A stretch of DNA of 52,593 nucleotides. Origin: Bacillota bacterium (GTDB lineage: Bacteria; Bacillota_I; Bacilli_A; Izemoplasmatales; Hujiaoplasmataceae). Within the stretch, counting starts at the first letter, position 1; the number at the start of each line of letters is the position of its first letter. This document shows, in pieces, positions 40,936 to 51,607 of this stretch. The position numbers and the translations under genes are program-made. The notes under the pieces were generated by a model, which saw nothing but the letters and a program-made list of their open reading frames with translations, did no database searches and was not told where the DNA came from. The stretch covers positions 1 to 52,593 of the forward strand of contig JAKPZU010000062.1 of assembly GCA_029559915.1 (NCBI GenBank), read 5' to 3'.

Positions 40936-42861
40936 ATGGCTATTGCTAAATTAAAACTATTTAATATCTCATCTACCACAAAAAATATTGATAATGTTTT
41001 AGCTCGCCTTGTGGAAATTGATTATTTGCACTTGGTTCCAGCGAGTGAGATTGTGGATAAAGTGCATGGGTTGCAATCATATTCAACCGATAATCCTTGC
41101 AATATTATTTTAAAAGAGATATTGGATATCGAGAAAAACTATAAAATTAATATTCCCTTGAAAGAAGTATGTTCTTTAGATTATTCACTAGAAAACATGA
41201 GGGATTATATACATTCAACTCATGAAAAAATCAATCAGCTTTCGCATCACAAAAAGGATACTCTTGAGTTAATCAAAAAGTACCAGGACGCCTTGACTCA
41301 GGTCAATAATATTGGAAACCTCAATATTCCCTTAGATGATTTGTTTTCTTGTGAATACCTGAATGTCAGAGTTGGTAGAATTCCTTTGGACAGTATCGAA
41401 AAACTAAATTTTTATAGCGCTAAACCTTTTGTTTTTCAGACTTTTCATGTCGACAGAGGTTATGCATGGTGCCTATATCTGACTACTCAAGATGGCGAAA
41501 GAGAAGTAGATAATATTTTCTCTTCATTATTCTTCGACCGAGTTCATATTCCAGATTTCGTTCACGGTACACCTGTAAGTGCCCAAGCAACCTTGAGAAT
41601 GGAAATTGAGGTTGCAGAACAGTCTCTGCAGGAAATAGAAGAGGACATTCAAAGCATCATTAAAGACAGTATGGACAAGTTGTCGGAAGTAAAGAATGAA
41701 TTATTATTCTTGGCTAAACTATATGAGGCAAAAAAATATGTTGTCGGGCTGGGAAATAAAATAAATATCAATGGTTTCATTGAAGTAAATAACATCAAAA
41801 AACTTGAAGAAGTTTATAAAGACATGACCGACGTAGAAATTGAAGTCAGACCGCCTGATTACGATAAACGTCTTACACCACCGACAAAGTTGAAAAACAA
41901 TTGGTTCACCAGACCTTTCGGAATGTTTGTGGAAATGTATGGCGTTCCTAATTATCACGATATGGATCCGACACCAATAGTCGCCATCACTTACAGTTTA
42001 TTGTTTGGTATTATGTTTGGTGATTTGGGGCAGGGATTACTCTTGATAGTATTGAGTTTCTTGCTTTATAAATTTAAGGGCATGAAACTTGGTGAAGTGG
42101 GAATGAGAATTGGACTTTCTTCAGCAATATTCGGGTTTCTTTATGGTTCATTCTTTGGCAATGAAGAGATATTAACACCGATATTTACTAATGTTTTCGG
42201 ATTGCCAGGAAAACCAATTCACGTTATGGATTCAAATTTCACGATGACGCTTTTGATAGCAACAGTAGGATTAGGGTCAATATTCATAGTTGCAGCCATG
42301 ATATTGAATATCATTACTTCGCTAAAACGCAAACATTACGCAGAAGCATTTTTCTCACATAACGGTTTTGCGGGATTGACTTTCTATGGATTTGTATTAG
42401 TAACAATCGTATTGATGTTCACATCGGGATACAGTTTGTTACAACCTCTTTTCATTGTACCTTTTGCTATTTTGCCGATTGTGGTAATCATGTTTAAAGA
42501 GCCTTTGGAAAGATTGATGCATGGACACAAAATGTTTCCGGATGGTGTGGGCGGTTTTATAACCGAAGCGTTTTTTGAAGCTTTTGAAGTCGTATTATCT
42601 TACATCACCAATACCATGAGTTTCTTGCGTGTCGGCGGGTTCGTGTTGAGTCATGCCGGAATGATGTTGGTTGTCTTCACTTTGATGGAGATGATGGGAG
42701 GCGTTTTTGGGCAAGTGCTCACTTTGGTTTTGGGTAACTTGTTTGTAATGGGACTTGAAGGGTTAATCGTAGGCATTCAAGTTTTGAGATTAGAGTTTTA
42801 CGAAATGTTTTCTAGATACTTTGAAGGAAATGGAATTCCTTTCAAATATAATGTTAATTAG
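40936..42861 (+). CDS. ntpI: V-type ATPase subunit I (stator a subunit)
   Basis: 641 aa. Soluble N-terminal half plus a polytopic C-terminal half with the conserved SFLRVGGFVLSHA arginine helix. Confidence 0.88.
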   Translation: MAIAKLKLFNISSTTKNIDNVLARLVEIDYLHLVPASEIVDKVHGLQSYSTDNPCNIILKEILDIEKNYKINIPLKEVCSLDYSLENMRDYIHSTHEKINQLSHHKKDTLELIKKYQDALTQVNNIGNLNIPLDDLFSCEYLNVRVGRIPLDSIEKLNFYSAKPFVFQTFHVDRGYAWCLYLTTQDGEREVDNIFSSLFFDRVHIPDFVHGTPVSAQATLRMEIEVAEQSLQEIEEDIQSIIKDSMDKLSEVKNELLFLAKLYEAKKYVVGLGNKININGFIEVNNIKKLEEVYKDMTDVEIEVRPPDYDKRLTPPTKLKNNWFTRPFGMFVEMYGVPNYHDMDPTPIVAITYSLLFGIMFGDLGQGLLLIVLSFLLYKFKGMKLGEVGMRIGLSSAIFGFLYGSFFGNEEILTPIFTNVFGLPGKPIHVMDSNFTMTLLIATVGLGSIFIVAAMILNIITSLKRKHYAEAFFSHNGFAGLTFYGFVLVTIVLMFTSGYSLLQPLFIVPFAILPIVVIMFKEPLERLMHGHKMFPDGVGGFITEAFFEAFEVVLSYITNTMSFLRVGGFVLSHAGMMLVVFTLMEMMGGVFGQVLTLVLGNLFVMGLEGLIVGIQVLRLEFYEMFSRYFEGNGIPFKYNVN

Positions 42862-42873
42862 GAGGACTTAAAA

Positions 42874-43323
42874 ATGTTAAGTAAATTGGAAATTATTCTG
42901 CCATTAATTTTAGTGGTATTGATCACACTACCTTTAGTAAAAGTTTTTATGGGAAAAGCAAACAGAAAGTCAACTAAAACAAGACTATATACTCATGTGT
43001 CTTTGTTCTTCGCACTTATCCTATTTGTTTTCATCTGGCAATCAAGCAGTTTATCTTTCTTCGCAGCTGAAGGTGACGTTGCTGAAGTAACTGGATTCGC
43101 TGGATCTATCGCGCAAGGTCTTGGATTTATTGGTGCGGCTTTAACCACCGGAATGTCAGCTTTAGGTGCTGGTATTGCCGTTGCTGCAGCAGCTCCGGCA
43201 GCTATAGGAGCTTTTTCGGAAAACGAAAAGAACTTCGGTAAATCATTGATCTTCGTTGCTTTGGGTGAAGGGGTAGCTATCTACGGTTTGTTGATTTCAA
43301 TTTTAATTATCAATAAGTTATAA
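42874..43323 (+). CDS. ntpK: V-type ATPase proteolipid subunit K with atypical N-terminal extension
   Basis: The C-terminal ~80 aa form a Gly/Ala-rich helical hairpin with the ion-binding Glu (ALGEGVAIYGL). The N-terminal ~65 aa contain two unrelated hydrophobic helices. Confidence 0.75.
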   Translation: MLSKLEIILPLILVVLITLPLVKVFMGKANRKSTKTRLYTHVSLFFALILFVFIWQSSSLSFFAAEGDVAEVTGFAGSIAQGLGFIGAALTTGMSALGAGIAVAAAAPAAIGAFSENEKNFGKSLIFVALGEGVAIYGLLISILIINKL

Positions 43324-43338
43324 AAAGAAGGGATTTTC

Positions 43339-43647
43339 ATGAAATTCTTTTTGATTACTGATAATAATGATACTTTAATGGGAATGCGCCTTGTAGGAAT
43401 AGAAGGCGTTGTTCTTCATGACCGACATAAGGTTTTGATGGAAATTGAGAGAATTTTGCATGACGAGACGATTGGCATATTATTAATCACCACTAAATTG
43501 GTTGAATTATGTCCTGATGTCATCTCGGAATTAAAACTTAAGAGATTAAAACCACTAATCGTCGAAATTCCAGATCGCCATGGTCCTTCAAAAATCGATA
43601 CTTCTATCGACGAATACGTCAGTGAAGCCATCGGCGTTAAAATATGA
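43339..43647 (+). CDS. V-type ATPase subunit F
   Basis: 102 aa. GMRLVGIEG and ILLIT pattern typical of subunit F. Confidence 0.75.
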   Translation: MKFFLITDNNDTLMGMRLVGIEGVVLHDRHKVLMEIERILHDETIGILLITTKLVELCPDVISELKLKRLKPLIVEIPDRHGPSKIDTSIDEYVSEAIGVKI

Positions 43648-43655
43648 GGTGAGTT

Positions 43656-44261
43656 ATGCCATACTTTAATAATAATGATGATGCTTATCGCCTGTTTTCC
43701 CGTGATATATTACAAAAGGCTGATGAAGAAATTAATCGCTTGAAGAAAGAAATTTCCGACAACAAGGAAAAGAACGTCAAACGAATCGAAGCGGAAATTC
43801 ATTCCAGAGTTTTTAGAAATCTGGAAATAGACATTAATGACTTGAACGCTGATTTCAGCGCTAATTTAAGTCGTGTCAGAAACGAGTATACTCGGATTTT
43901 AATGAAGAAAAGAAGAGAGTTGCTCGACTCTATAGTTGAAGCAGCCAGAAAAAAGTGCATTGAGTTTGTAAGCAGTGATAAATATCCCAATTTTATTGAT
44001 GCAAAATTGGCTGGAATTAGCGAACGTTTCGATAAAAAGTCGGTTGAATTCAAGGTTAGAAGAAACGATAAAGTCGCTATTGACATGATTAAAAACAAGT
44101 TCGAAGGAAATTATGAAATAAAAGAAATCAATGAAATAGAAATCGGTGGTTTCTCCGCAATCTGTTATGAAATGGGAATTATGCTCGATGAAACGATCGA
44201 TGCTAGATTACGAGAAAAACAATTATGGTTCTATGAGCATTCTGATTTAGCGTCTAAGTAG
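43656..44261 (+). CDS. ntpE: V-type ATPase subunit E
   Basis: 201 aa. Long charged N-terminal helix plus a globular C-terminus, in the expected operon position. Confidence 0.7.
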   Translation: MPYFNNNDDAYRLFSRDILQKADEEINRLKKEISDNKEKNVKRIEAEIHSRVFRNLEIDINDLNADFSANLSRVRNEYTRILMKKRRELLDSIVEAARKKCIEFVSSDKYPNFIDAKLAGISERFDKKSVEFKVRRNDKVAIDMIKNKFEGNYEIKEINEIEIGGFSAICYEMGIMLDETIDARLREKQLWFYEHSDLASK

Positions 44262-44278
44262 AGATTTGAGGTGTTTTT

Positions 44279-46024
44279 ATGAATGAAGTTTACTCTATTA
44301 ACGGTCCGGTAATTAAAGTAAAAAATGCTAAAAACTTTAAAATAATGGAAAAGGTTTTTGTTGGAAAACAAAAACTTTTAGGCGAAGTAATTTCCATTAA
44401 TGACGACCATACAGTAATTCAAGTCTATGAATCAACCACTGGGTTGATGAGAGGCGAGAAAGTATATAATTCAGGCGAAGCGATTTCGGCTGTTTTAGGG
44501 CCTGGTTTATTGGGGAACATCTTCGATGGAATCCAACGTCCTTTACATTCAATTTTTGAAGCCAATGGAGCTTATATCAAACCGGGAACAAATGTCGATT
44601 GTTTGGATATGAAGAAAACATGGAATGTAAAGATGAAGGTAAAAACAGGAGATTATATCCGTTTTGGCCAAATATTCGCTGTTTTACAAGAAACTTCATT
44701 GATTGAACATCGCCTTTTGGTTCCAAAGGATGTCATTGGTGAGGTGATTATGGCTAAACCGGATGGGCATTATAGTTTGGAAGATGTAGTAGTTCAAGTA
44801 AAAGACAAGAATGATACAATCCATAATCTAAATATGTATCAAAAATGGCCAATCAAGGAACCGAGACCTATCGCAAAAAGGTTACCTCTGACTATTCCAT
44901 TGGTATCCGGTCAAAGAGTCATCGATACTTTATTCCCAATTGCCAAGGGTGGTAGCGCAGCTGTTCCTGGAGGGTTTGGAACAGGAAAAACAATGATGCA
45001 GCATCAATTCGCAAAATGGTGTGACGCAGACATCATCGTTTATATCGGTTGTGGCGAACGTGGAAATGAAATGACTCAAACTCTTGATGAATTTACTGAA
45101 CTTATAGACCCAAAAAGCAACAAACCGTTAATTGAAAGAACGGTACTGATTGCCAATACATCAAATATGCCAGTAGCTGCCAGAGAAGCCAGCATTTATA
45201 CGGGCATTACAATAGCTGAATATTACCGTGATATGGGTTACCATGTCGCATTAATGGCGGATTCAACCTCCAGATGGGCTGAAGCCTTAAGGGAAATTAG
45301 TGGACGTTTGGAAGAAATGCCTGCCGAAGAAGGTTTTCCTGCTTATTTACCAAGCAGAATTTCCCAATTCTACGAACGAGCAGGATATGTCAATACTTTG
45401 AGCGATTCATCGGGTTCCGTTTCTATTGTAGGGGCTATATCACCACAGGGAGCCGATTTTTCAGAACCGGTAACGCAAAATACAAAGCGATTCGTTAGGG
45501 CCTTTTGGGCTTTGGATAAAGAGTTGGCCTATGCCAGACATTATGCAGCCATAAACTGGAATCTGAGTTATTCCGAATACATTGGCGATTTAAGTAAATG
45601 GTACAATAAAAATATCAGTACTGACTTTTTGGAATCAAGACAAAGATTCATTACTATCTTGGCGGAAGAAAACAAATTGATGGAAATTGTTAAACTCATC
45701 GGTAAAGACGTTTTGCCTGATGACCAAAAGTTAGTTTTAGAAATTGCCCGAGTAATCAGAGTTGGCTACTTGCAACAAAACGCTTTCCATAAGGACGATA
45801 CATTCGTTCCGTTGGAAAAACAACTTCGAATGATGAAATTAATCTTATATTTGGAAAAATCAGCTTCTAATATTTTAAAAGAAGGCAAAGCTTTTAGTTT
45901 ACTGCAAAGAAGCAATATTTTTGAAAAAATAATTAAAGTTAAATATGATATACCGAACGATAATTTGGACATGTTCGAGGAATATTATAAAATTATTGAC
46001 GAATCATTGAGTCAGATTAGATAA
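44279..46024 (+). CDS. ntpA: V-type ATPase catalytic subunit A
   Basis: 581 aa. Walker A GGFGTGKT, the non-homologous insert region, and Walker [17 protein letters not shown]. Confidence 0.95.
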   Translation: MNEVYSINGPVIKVKNAKNFKIMEKVFVGKQKLLGEVISINDDHTVIQVYESTTGLMRGEKVYNSGEAISAVLGPGLLGNIFDGIQRPLHSIFEANGAYIKPGTNVDCLDMKKTWNVKMKVKTGDYIRFGQIFAVLQETSLIEHRLLVPKDVIGEVIMAKPDGHYSLEDVVVQVKDKNDTIHNLNMYQKWPIKEPRPIAKRLPLTIPLVSGQRVIDTLFPIAKGGSAAVPGGFGTGKTMMQHQFAKWCDADIIVYIGCGERGNEMTQTLDEFTELIDPKSNKPLIERTVLIANTSNMPVAAREASIYTGITIAEYYRDMGYHVALMADSTSRWAEALREISGRLEEMPAEEGFPAYLPSRISQFYERAGYVNTLSDSSGSVSIVGAISPQGADFSEPVTQNTKRFVRAFWALDKELAYARHYAAINWNLSYSEYIGDLSKWYNKNISTDFLESRQRFITILAEENKLMEIVKLIGKDVLPDDQKLVLEIARVIRVGYLQQNAFHKDDTFVPLEKQLRMMKLILYLEKSASNILKEGKAFSLLQRSNIFEKIIKVKYDIPNDNLDMFEEYYKIIDESLSQIR

Positions 46025-46036
46025 GGAGGCCGGAAT

Positions 46037-47476
46037 ATGAATCTGCAATACATAGGATTAAAAGAAATTAACGGACCTTTAATCTTTCTTGATAATGTCA
46101 AAGGCATCGGTTTTGATGAAATGGTTGAAATAAGACTGGAGAACGGAACGGTAAGACATGGTAGAGTTGTTGAAATCACCGGTGATCTCGCAGCCATTCT
46201 GGTCTTTGAAGGCACCAGAGATTTGTCTTTGACAAATACAGTAATAAAATTCAGCGGAAAACCAATGGAAATTGGTTTATCCAAGAATGTCTTGGGTCGT
46301 GTTTTCAATGGTATCGGTTCTCCGATTGATGATTTGGGTCCTGTTTATGTTGATGAATATCGCGACATCAATGGCGAACCTCTTAACCCGGTCTCAAGAC
46401 TATATCCAAAAAACTATATCAATACCGGTATATCAAGTATTGATGGATTGACGACACTTATTCGCGGTCAGAAATTACCGATATTTTCCGGTAGTGGTTT
46501 ACCTCATAATGATTTGGCAGTACAAATTGTCAAACAAGCTAAACTTACCGGTAGGGACGCAGACAAATTCGCTGTTATTTTTGCGGCTATGGGTGTAACA
46601 AACGATGTTGCAAACTATTTTCGCAGATCGTTTGAAGAAGCTGGTGTCTTGGATAACGTAGTTATGTTCTTGAATATTTCCAATGATCCGATCATTGAAA
46701 GACTATTGACTCCAAGATGTGCCCTCACGACTGCTGAATATTTGGCTTACAAGCATAATATGCATATTTTGGTAGTCATGACAGATATGACTGCTTATTG
46801 CGAAGCTTTACGTGAATTTTCTTCAAGTAAAGGTGAAATTCCTGGAAGAAAAGGCTATCCGGGATATTTATATTCGGACTTGGCATCACTTTTCGAAAGA
46901 GCAGGAATTATAAAGAATGCTAAAGGTTCTGTTACACAAATTCCAATTTTGACTATGCCTAATGACGACATAACTCATCCGATTCCCGACCTGACAGGGT
47001 ACATTACCGAAGGTCAAATAGTTTTGGACAGAGATTTGTATCGACAAGGAGTGTATCCTCCGATTGGCGTATTGCCGTCACTGTCACGTTTGATGAAAGA
47101 CGGTATTGGTGCGGGTTATACACGAAAAGATCACCAACCTTTGATGAATCAGATTTTCGCTTCCTATGCAAAAGTCATGGATGCTAGAAGTTTAGCTTCA
47201 GTTATCGGTGAAGATGAACTGAGTACCACTGATAAAAATTATATTCAGTTCGGTAAATATTTTGAAAAATATTTCATATCTCAGGGCATGATCAACAGGG
47301 AAATCAGGGAGACTTTGGATTTAGGCTGGAAGTTATTGTCGATATTTCCAAAAGAAGAACTGGATCGGACAGATGATAAGATTCTTGATGAATTCTACAA
47401 TCATGAAGAGGCAGCTGCACAATTTGAATTAAATAATAATTTAATTATCAAAGAATTGTCAAACGAGGAGAATTAA
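46037..47476 (+). CDS. ntpB: V-type ATPase subunit B
   Basis: 479 aa. SGSGLPHN degenerate P-loop, MTDMT..AEALRE, and [11 protein letters not shown]. Confidence 0.95.
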   Translation: MNLQYIGLKEINGPLIFLDNVKGIGFDEMVEIRLENGTVRHGRVVEITGDLAAILVFEGTRDLSLTNTVIKFSGKPMEIGLSKNVLGRVFNGIGSPIDDLGPVYVDEYRDINGEPLNPVSRLYPKNYINTGISSIDGLTTLIRGQKLPIFSGSGLPHNDLAVQIVKQAKLTGRDADKFAVIFAAMGVTNDVANYFRRSFEEAGVLDNVVMFLNISNDPIIERLLTPRCALTTAEYLAYKHNMHILVVMTDMTAYCEALREFSSSKGEIPGRKGYPGYLYSDLASLFERAGIIKNAKGSVTQIPILTMPNDDITHPIPDLTGYITEGQIVLDRDLYRQGVYPPIGVLPSLSRLMKDGIGAGYTRKDHQPLMNQIFASYAKVMDARSLASVIGEDELSTTDKNYIQFGKYFEKYFISQGMINREIRETLDLGWKLLSIFPKEELDRTDDKILDEFYNHEEAAAQFELNNNLIIKELSNEEN

Positions 47477-47477
47477 A

Positions 47478-48107
47478 ATGGCTCAGAAACAGATTTTTCC
47501 GACCAAAGGTAATTTGTTGGCTCTGAAAAAAACTGTAAAATTAGCTGAACTCGGTTATGAATTGATGGATAGAAAAAGAAATATTCTAATAAGGGAAATG
47601 TTGAAACAAGTCGAACGAGTTAGAAGTTTAAGAAGCGAAATAGCTTATATCTATCAACGAGCATATTTTACTTTACAAGAGGCTAATATTACGCTTGGAG
47701 TCATAAATGACATTGCCAAAGCCATTCCTATCGATAATAATTTGGATATTACGTATCGCTCGGTAATGGGGGTGGAAATTCCTAAAGTACTTTATGAAGA
47801 GGAACATATAAAAATTCGTTATGGTATTTCCAGTACAAATACCAAGTTTGACTATGCTTATAAAAGTTTTCTCAAAGCCAGAGACTTGACGTTGATTTTG
47901 GCAGAGGTGGACAATAGTTTGTATCGTTTGGCAGACGCCATTAGAAAAACTAGAAAAAGGGCTAACGCACTGAAGAATATCGTGATTCCGGATTACAAGA
48001 TAAAAATCAGATTTATCAGTGACACTTTGGAAGAAAGAGAACGAGAAGAATTCACCAGAAGAAAAGTTATCAAGTCCATGCAAGAAAAAAAACTTGCCCA
48101 CAATTAG
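47478..48107 (+). CDS. ntpD: V-type ATPase subunit D (central stalk)
   Basis: 209 aa. PTKGNLL...L..A..GYELMDRKR N-terminus characteristic of subunit D. Confidence 0.88.
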   Translation: MAQKQIFPTKGNLLALKKTVKLAELGYELMDRKRNILIREMLKQVERVRSLRSEIAYIYQRAYFTLQEANITLGVINDIAKAIPIDNNLDITYRSVMGVEIPKVLYEEEHIKIRYGISSTNTKFDYAYKSFLKARDLTLILAEVDNSLYRLADAIRKTRKRANALKNIVIPDYKIKIRFISDTLEEREREEFTRRKVIKSMQEKKLAHN

Positions 48108-48117
48108 AAGATATTTC

Positions 48118-48148
48118 TTGACTAAAAGGTGTAAATATATCATAATAT
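48118..48148 (+). promoter_or_regulatory. possible promoter for tRNA-Trp (TTGACT, 17 nt spacer, CATAAT)
   Basis: Hexamers at 48118-48123 and 48141-48146. Confidence 0.45.
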
Positions 48149-48161
48149 TAAATGACTCTTT

Positions 48162-48236
48162 AGGGGTGTGGTGTCAACGGTAGCACGACAGTCTCCAAAA
48201 CTGTTTGTACGGGTTCGAATCCTGTCACCCCTGCCA
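48162..48236 (+). tRNA. tRNA-Trp (anticodon CCA), CCA end encoded
   Basis: Acceptor AGGGGTG/CACCCCT, anticodon loop CTCCAAA, T-loop GGTTCGAATCC. Confidence 0.9.
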
Positions 48237-48264
48237 ATAGGAGTCAAAATAGTACATATCACTT

Positions 48265-48297
48265 AAACATTTGTTTCGACAAATGTTTATTTTTTTT
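48265..48297 (+). terminator. intrinsic terminator after tRNA-Trp (and the V-ATPase operon)
   Basis: AAACATTTGT TTCG ACAAATGTTT hairpin followed by A and T8. Confidence 0.8.
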
Positions 48298-48400
48298 ATC
48301 AAGAACGAATTTTATTGAATAAAACAGTTAATTATGCCTAATATGTCACCAATTCGGTTCAAAAAAACGAATTATATTATCTTTTCTTTTTGAGCATTTA

Positions 48401-48409
48401 TGTTATAAT
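48401..48409 (+). promoter_or_regulatory. extended -10 promoter element TGTTATAAT of the EF-G-like gene
   Basis: Same TGTTATAATGTA core as at 39031 and 39516. No good -35 hexamer. Confidence 0.5.
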
Positions 48410-48451
48410 GTAATAAGACTGAAAGCGTTTTATACGGAAGGAGATTTATAT

Positions 48452-50530
48452 ATGAACGAATATAAAGCGGATGCAATAAAAAATGTTATTTTACTTGGCC
48501 ACTTAGGAAGTGGCAAGACATCTTTATCTGAATCCTTGGCTTACACGGCTTCGGCTATTGATAAGAAAGGCAGTATTGAAAAGAAAACTACCGTTTCTGA
48601 CTATACTCCAGAAGAACAAACAAGGTTGAGTTCTTTATCTACTGGCTTATTGCCGTTGGAATTCAAAGGAGTAAAAATCAATATTTTAGACGCTCCTGGA
48701 GCTGATGAATTGATCGGTGACATAACTCATTCTTTAGAAGTTGCCAACGCAGCCATTTTGGTTGTTGACGCATCGAGCGGCGTACAAGTTGGAACGGAAA
48801 AAATGTGGTTGGAAATCAAGAAAAGAAATCTACCGGCAATCATCTTCCTTAACAAAATGGACAAGGAAAACATTAAATTTGATGAATTGCTTGAACAGAT
48901 CAGAACTAAACTAGGTAAACAAGCCGTACCATTCTGCTTGCCATTAGGCAAAAGCGATGAGTTCAATGGCTTTGCTGACGTTGTAGAGTTAAAAGCTAGA
49001 ATCTACGATGGAACTACATCACAAGATGGTGAAATTTATCCAGAAAAGATGGATAAGGTAGAATCACTACGCCAAGAATTGATTGAAACAGTGGCTGGTT
49101 CAGATGAAGAACTGTTGGAAAAATATTTTAATGGCGAAGAACTAACAATGGATGAAATCCGTAATGGTTTGAAAAAATCAGTTTACGCCGGAGAAGCTGT
49201 CCCGGTAGTTGTTGGTTCTAGTACTAAGGATATTGGGGCTTTGACATTGCTTCATATGATTCGTCAGTATTTCCCGACCGTGGCTGAAACTTTGGAAGTC
49301 AGCGGGAAAAACGATAAGGGTGATGAAGTAAAAAGACATTACAAAGATGAAGAACCATTCTCAGCCTTTGTATTCAAGACTTTAATTGACCCATTTGTTG
49401 GTACTATCAACATCATGCAAATAAAATCAGGTACTTTGACAAAGGATCAAGAAATTTACATTTCTTCTAAAGAAGGAACTGATAAAGCTTCTCAAGTATT
49501 TGCTTTATTAGGAAAGCAACAGATCCCAATGGATATTTTCCATGCAGGCGATATCTGTGCAATGGCAAAAGTAGCTGACGTGAAGACGGGGTCTTCTTTA
49601 TCTGATAAGAAAAATATCATTATTTATCCACAAATCGTTTCTCCAACTCCTACCATGTATTTGGCAATTAAGCCGGAAAACAAAAAGGATGAAGATAAAT
49701 TATCAAATGCATTAGGCAAACTTTTATTGGAAGATAATACCTTAGAAGTTGTCAGAAATAAAGAAACTTCACAGCTTCTTATTGGTGGCCAAGGAACAAT
49801 TCATCTTGGTTATATAATTGAAAAGATGAAAAACATGTTTAAGGTTACAGTAATTTCTGAGGATCAAAGAATTGTTTATCGCGAAACCATCAAACAAACC
49901 GCTACGGCAGAAGGAAGATACATTAAACAATCAGGCGGTTCAGGTTATTATGGTGTCGTTGTAATGCGATTCGAACCGAATCCAAGTGGTGAATACGAGT
50001 TCGCTGAAGAAGTATTCGGCGGAGCAGTGCCTAGAGGTTATTTCCCTGCAGTTGACAAAGGTTTGCAAGAAACTTTGGAGCATGGTGTATTAGCTGGATT
50101 CCCGGTTATCGGTGTCAAAGGTATTTTGACCGATGGAAAGTACCATCCGGTTGACTCCAATGAATTAGCATTCAAAATGGCTGCTTCTATAGCTTTCAAA
50201 GAAGCTTGCAAGAGTGCTAAACCGACAATTTTAGAGCCAATTCATAAACTTGAAATCACTATTAAAGACGAATATCTTGGTGACGTTTTAGGCGATATCA
50301 ATAAGCGTAGAGGTAGAGTTATGGGTATGGAACCATCACTTCCTGGTTACCAAAAAGTCATCGCTGAAGCACCAGAAGCAGAAATCACAAAATATACAAT
50401 CGACCTTAAGGCTATGACTCAAGGATCAGGGACATTCTCAAGAGAGTTCACTCGTTATGAAGAAGTTCCTGGTAACTTAATCGATAAAATTGTTGAAGAA
50501 CACAAAAAATACGTAGAAGAACATAAATAG
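48452..50530 (+). CDS. elongation factor G paralogue (EF-G II-like translational GTPase)
   Basis: 692 aa with five-domain EF-G length. G1 GHLGSGKT, G3 DAPGADE (not DTPGHxDF), G4 NKMD. Domain IV/V blocks YRETI, GGSG.YG and GFP. Confidence 0.85.
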   Translation: MNEYKADAIKNVILLGHLGSGKTSLSESLAYTASAIDKKGSIEKKTTVSDYTPEEQTRLSSLSTGLLPLEFKGVKINILDAPGADELIGDITHSLEVANAAILVVDASSGVQVGTEKMWLEIKKRNLPAIIFLNKMDKENIKFDELLEQIRTKLGKQAVPFCLPLGKSDEFNGFADVVELKARIYDGTTSQDGEIYPEKMDKVESLRQELIETVAGSDEELLEKYFNGEELTMDEIRNGLKKSVYAGEAVPVVVGSSTKDIGALTLLHMIRQYFPTVAETLEVSGKNDKGDEVKRHYKDEEPFSAFVFKTLIDPFVGTINIMQIKSGTLTKDQEIYISSKEGTDKASQVFALLGKQQIPMDIFHAGDICAMAKVADVKTGSSLSDKKNIIIYPQIVSPTPTMYLAIKPENKKDEDKLSNALGKLLLEDNTLEVVRNKETSQLLIGGQGTIHLGYIIEKMKNMFKVTVISEDQRIVYRETIKQTATAEGRYIKQSGGSGYYGVVVMRFEPNPSGEYEFAEEVFGGAVPRGYFPAVDKGLQETLEHGVLAGFPVIGVKGILTDGKYHPVDSNELAFKMAASIAFKEACKSAKPTILEPIHKLEITIKDEYLGDVLGDINKRRGRVMGMEPSLPGYQKVIAEAPEAEITKYTIDLKAMTQGSGTFSREFTRYEEVPGNLIDKIVEEHKKYVEEHK

Positions 50531-50539
50531 AAGTAAATT

Positions 50540-50570
50540 TGGCAGTCGTTATGATTGCCATTTTTATTTT
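50540..50570 (+). terminator. intrinsic terminator
   Basis: TGGCAGTCG TTA TGATTGCCA stem (two G-U pairs) followed by TTTTTATTTT. Confidence 0.6.
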
Positions 50571-50645
50571 CAATTTTCTTGACATCATAACAGATGAATG
50601 TTAAAGTATTATGTGTGATAGAGTAATTTATGAAAGGTGATTTAT

Positions 50646-51497
50646 ATGGAAAAAATTGGACTATTAATCGACAGCACCACCCTTACCAGAAAAGAAATTT
50701 CGGATTATGAATTCATAAAAACTGCTTATTTGAAAGTAATCATCGACCAGAAGGAATATTTGGAAAAAGAGCTTACAAAAGAAGATATGGAAAAATATCT
50801 TGCTGGCAGTCACAAAATGCTGACATCGCAACCATCGCCACAAAATTTTCTGGATTTATATCATGAGTTTAAAAATGAAGGATACACTCACGTTTTAGTT
50901 GTCGTTTTGGCGGAAAAAATTAGCGGAACTTATCAATCTGCAATGATTGCCAAAACCATGTTTGAAGAATCAACAATGGAAATAAGCATCCATTCACCGC
51001 ATACAGCATCGTTTGGTATAGCGAATGGTATTAGCGTCATCGCCGAGAAGATAAAGGCTAAAACAGCATTTTCGGAAGTACTGGATTTATACTATAAATT
51101 GTTTCGCGAACCGCTAGTTACTTTTACAATTAGTGATTTGATGCATCTATTAAAAGGCGGAAGATTAAATAAAGTTCAGGCTTTAATTGGTACTGTTTTA
51201 AAAATTAAACCGATAATTGAAATGATTGACGGTAAATTGGAACTGGTCAAAAAAACTAGAACCAACAATGCCTGTTATGATTTATTTGTCGAAAAAATTG
51301 AATATTATACGAATAAATACGATAATGTCTACATCGATATAATTGATCTGCATGCTGAAGAATGGGGCCAAAAACTGGAAGATTATGTAAAAAAGAATCA
51401 TCCGAAAGCGATAATTCGTCGCACTAATTATGTTAGCCCTGTATTTTTTGTTCACTTAGGCAATAAAGGGTTTGGCATAGCGATTGTAGCTTACTAA
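50646..51497 (+). CDS. degV: DegV-family fatty-acid-binding protein
   Basis: About 283 aa. IGLLIDST...SQPSP...ISG.YQSA pattern of DegV. GGTGA RBS precedes ATG 50646. Confidence 0.88.
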   Translation: MEKIGLLIDSTTLTRKEISDYEFIKTAYLKVIIDQKEYLEKELTKEDMEKYLAGSHKMLTSQPSPQNFLDLYHEFKNEGYTHVLVVVLAEKISGTYQSAMIAKTMFEESTMEISIHSPHTASFGIANGISVIAEKIKAKTAFSEVLDLYYKLFREPLVTFTISDLMHLLKGGRLNKVQALIGTVLKIKPIIEMIDGKLELVKKTRTNNACYDLFVEKIEYYTNKYDNVYIDIIDLHAEEWGQKLEDYVKKNHPKAIIRRTNYVSPVFFVHLGNKGFGIAIVAY

Positions 51498-51505
51498 ATA
51501 GTTTA

Positions 51506-51540
51506 AAATTCCGGTAAAAAACCGGAATTTTCTTTTTCTT
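51506..51540 (+). terminator. intrinsic terminator after degV
   Basis: AAATTCCGGT AAAAA ACCGGAATTT hairpin followed by a T-rich run. Confidence 0.8.
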
Positions 51541-51558
51541 AAATTGGAAATATATTTC

Positions 51559-51587
51559 TTGACAAAAGACCTATCATTTAGTAAACT
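51559..51587 (+). promoter_or_regulatory. promoter of the tRNA cluster (TTGACA, 17 nt spacer, TAAACT)
   Basis: Hexamers at 51559-51564 and 51582-51587. Confidence 0.5.
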
Positions 51588-51607
51588 AGTATATGCGAAA
51601 AAGATTT

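Noticed and set aside
48304-48373. AACGAATT direct repeat (48304 and 48366) with an imperfect inverted copy (48351-48359) upstream of the EF-G paralogue, considered as an operator
   Set aside because: These are 8-nt AT-rich matches in an AT-rich spacer and are well within chance expectation. I noted them only as a weak possibility.
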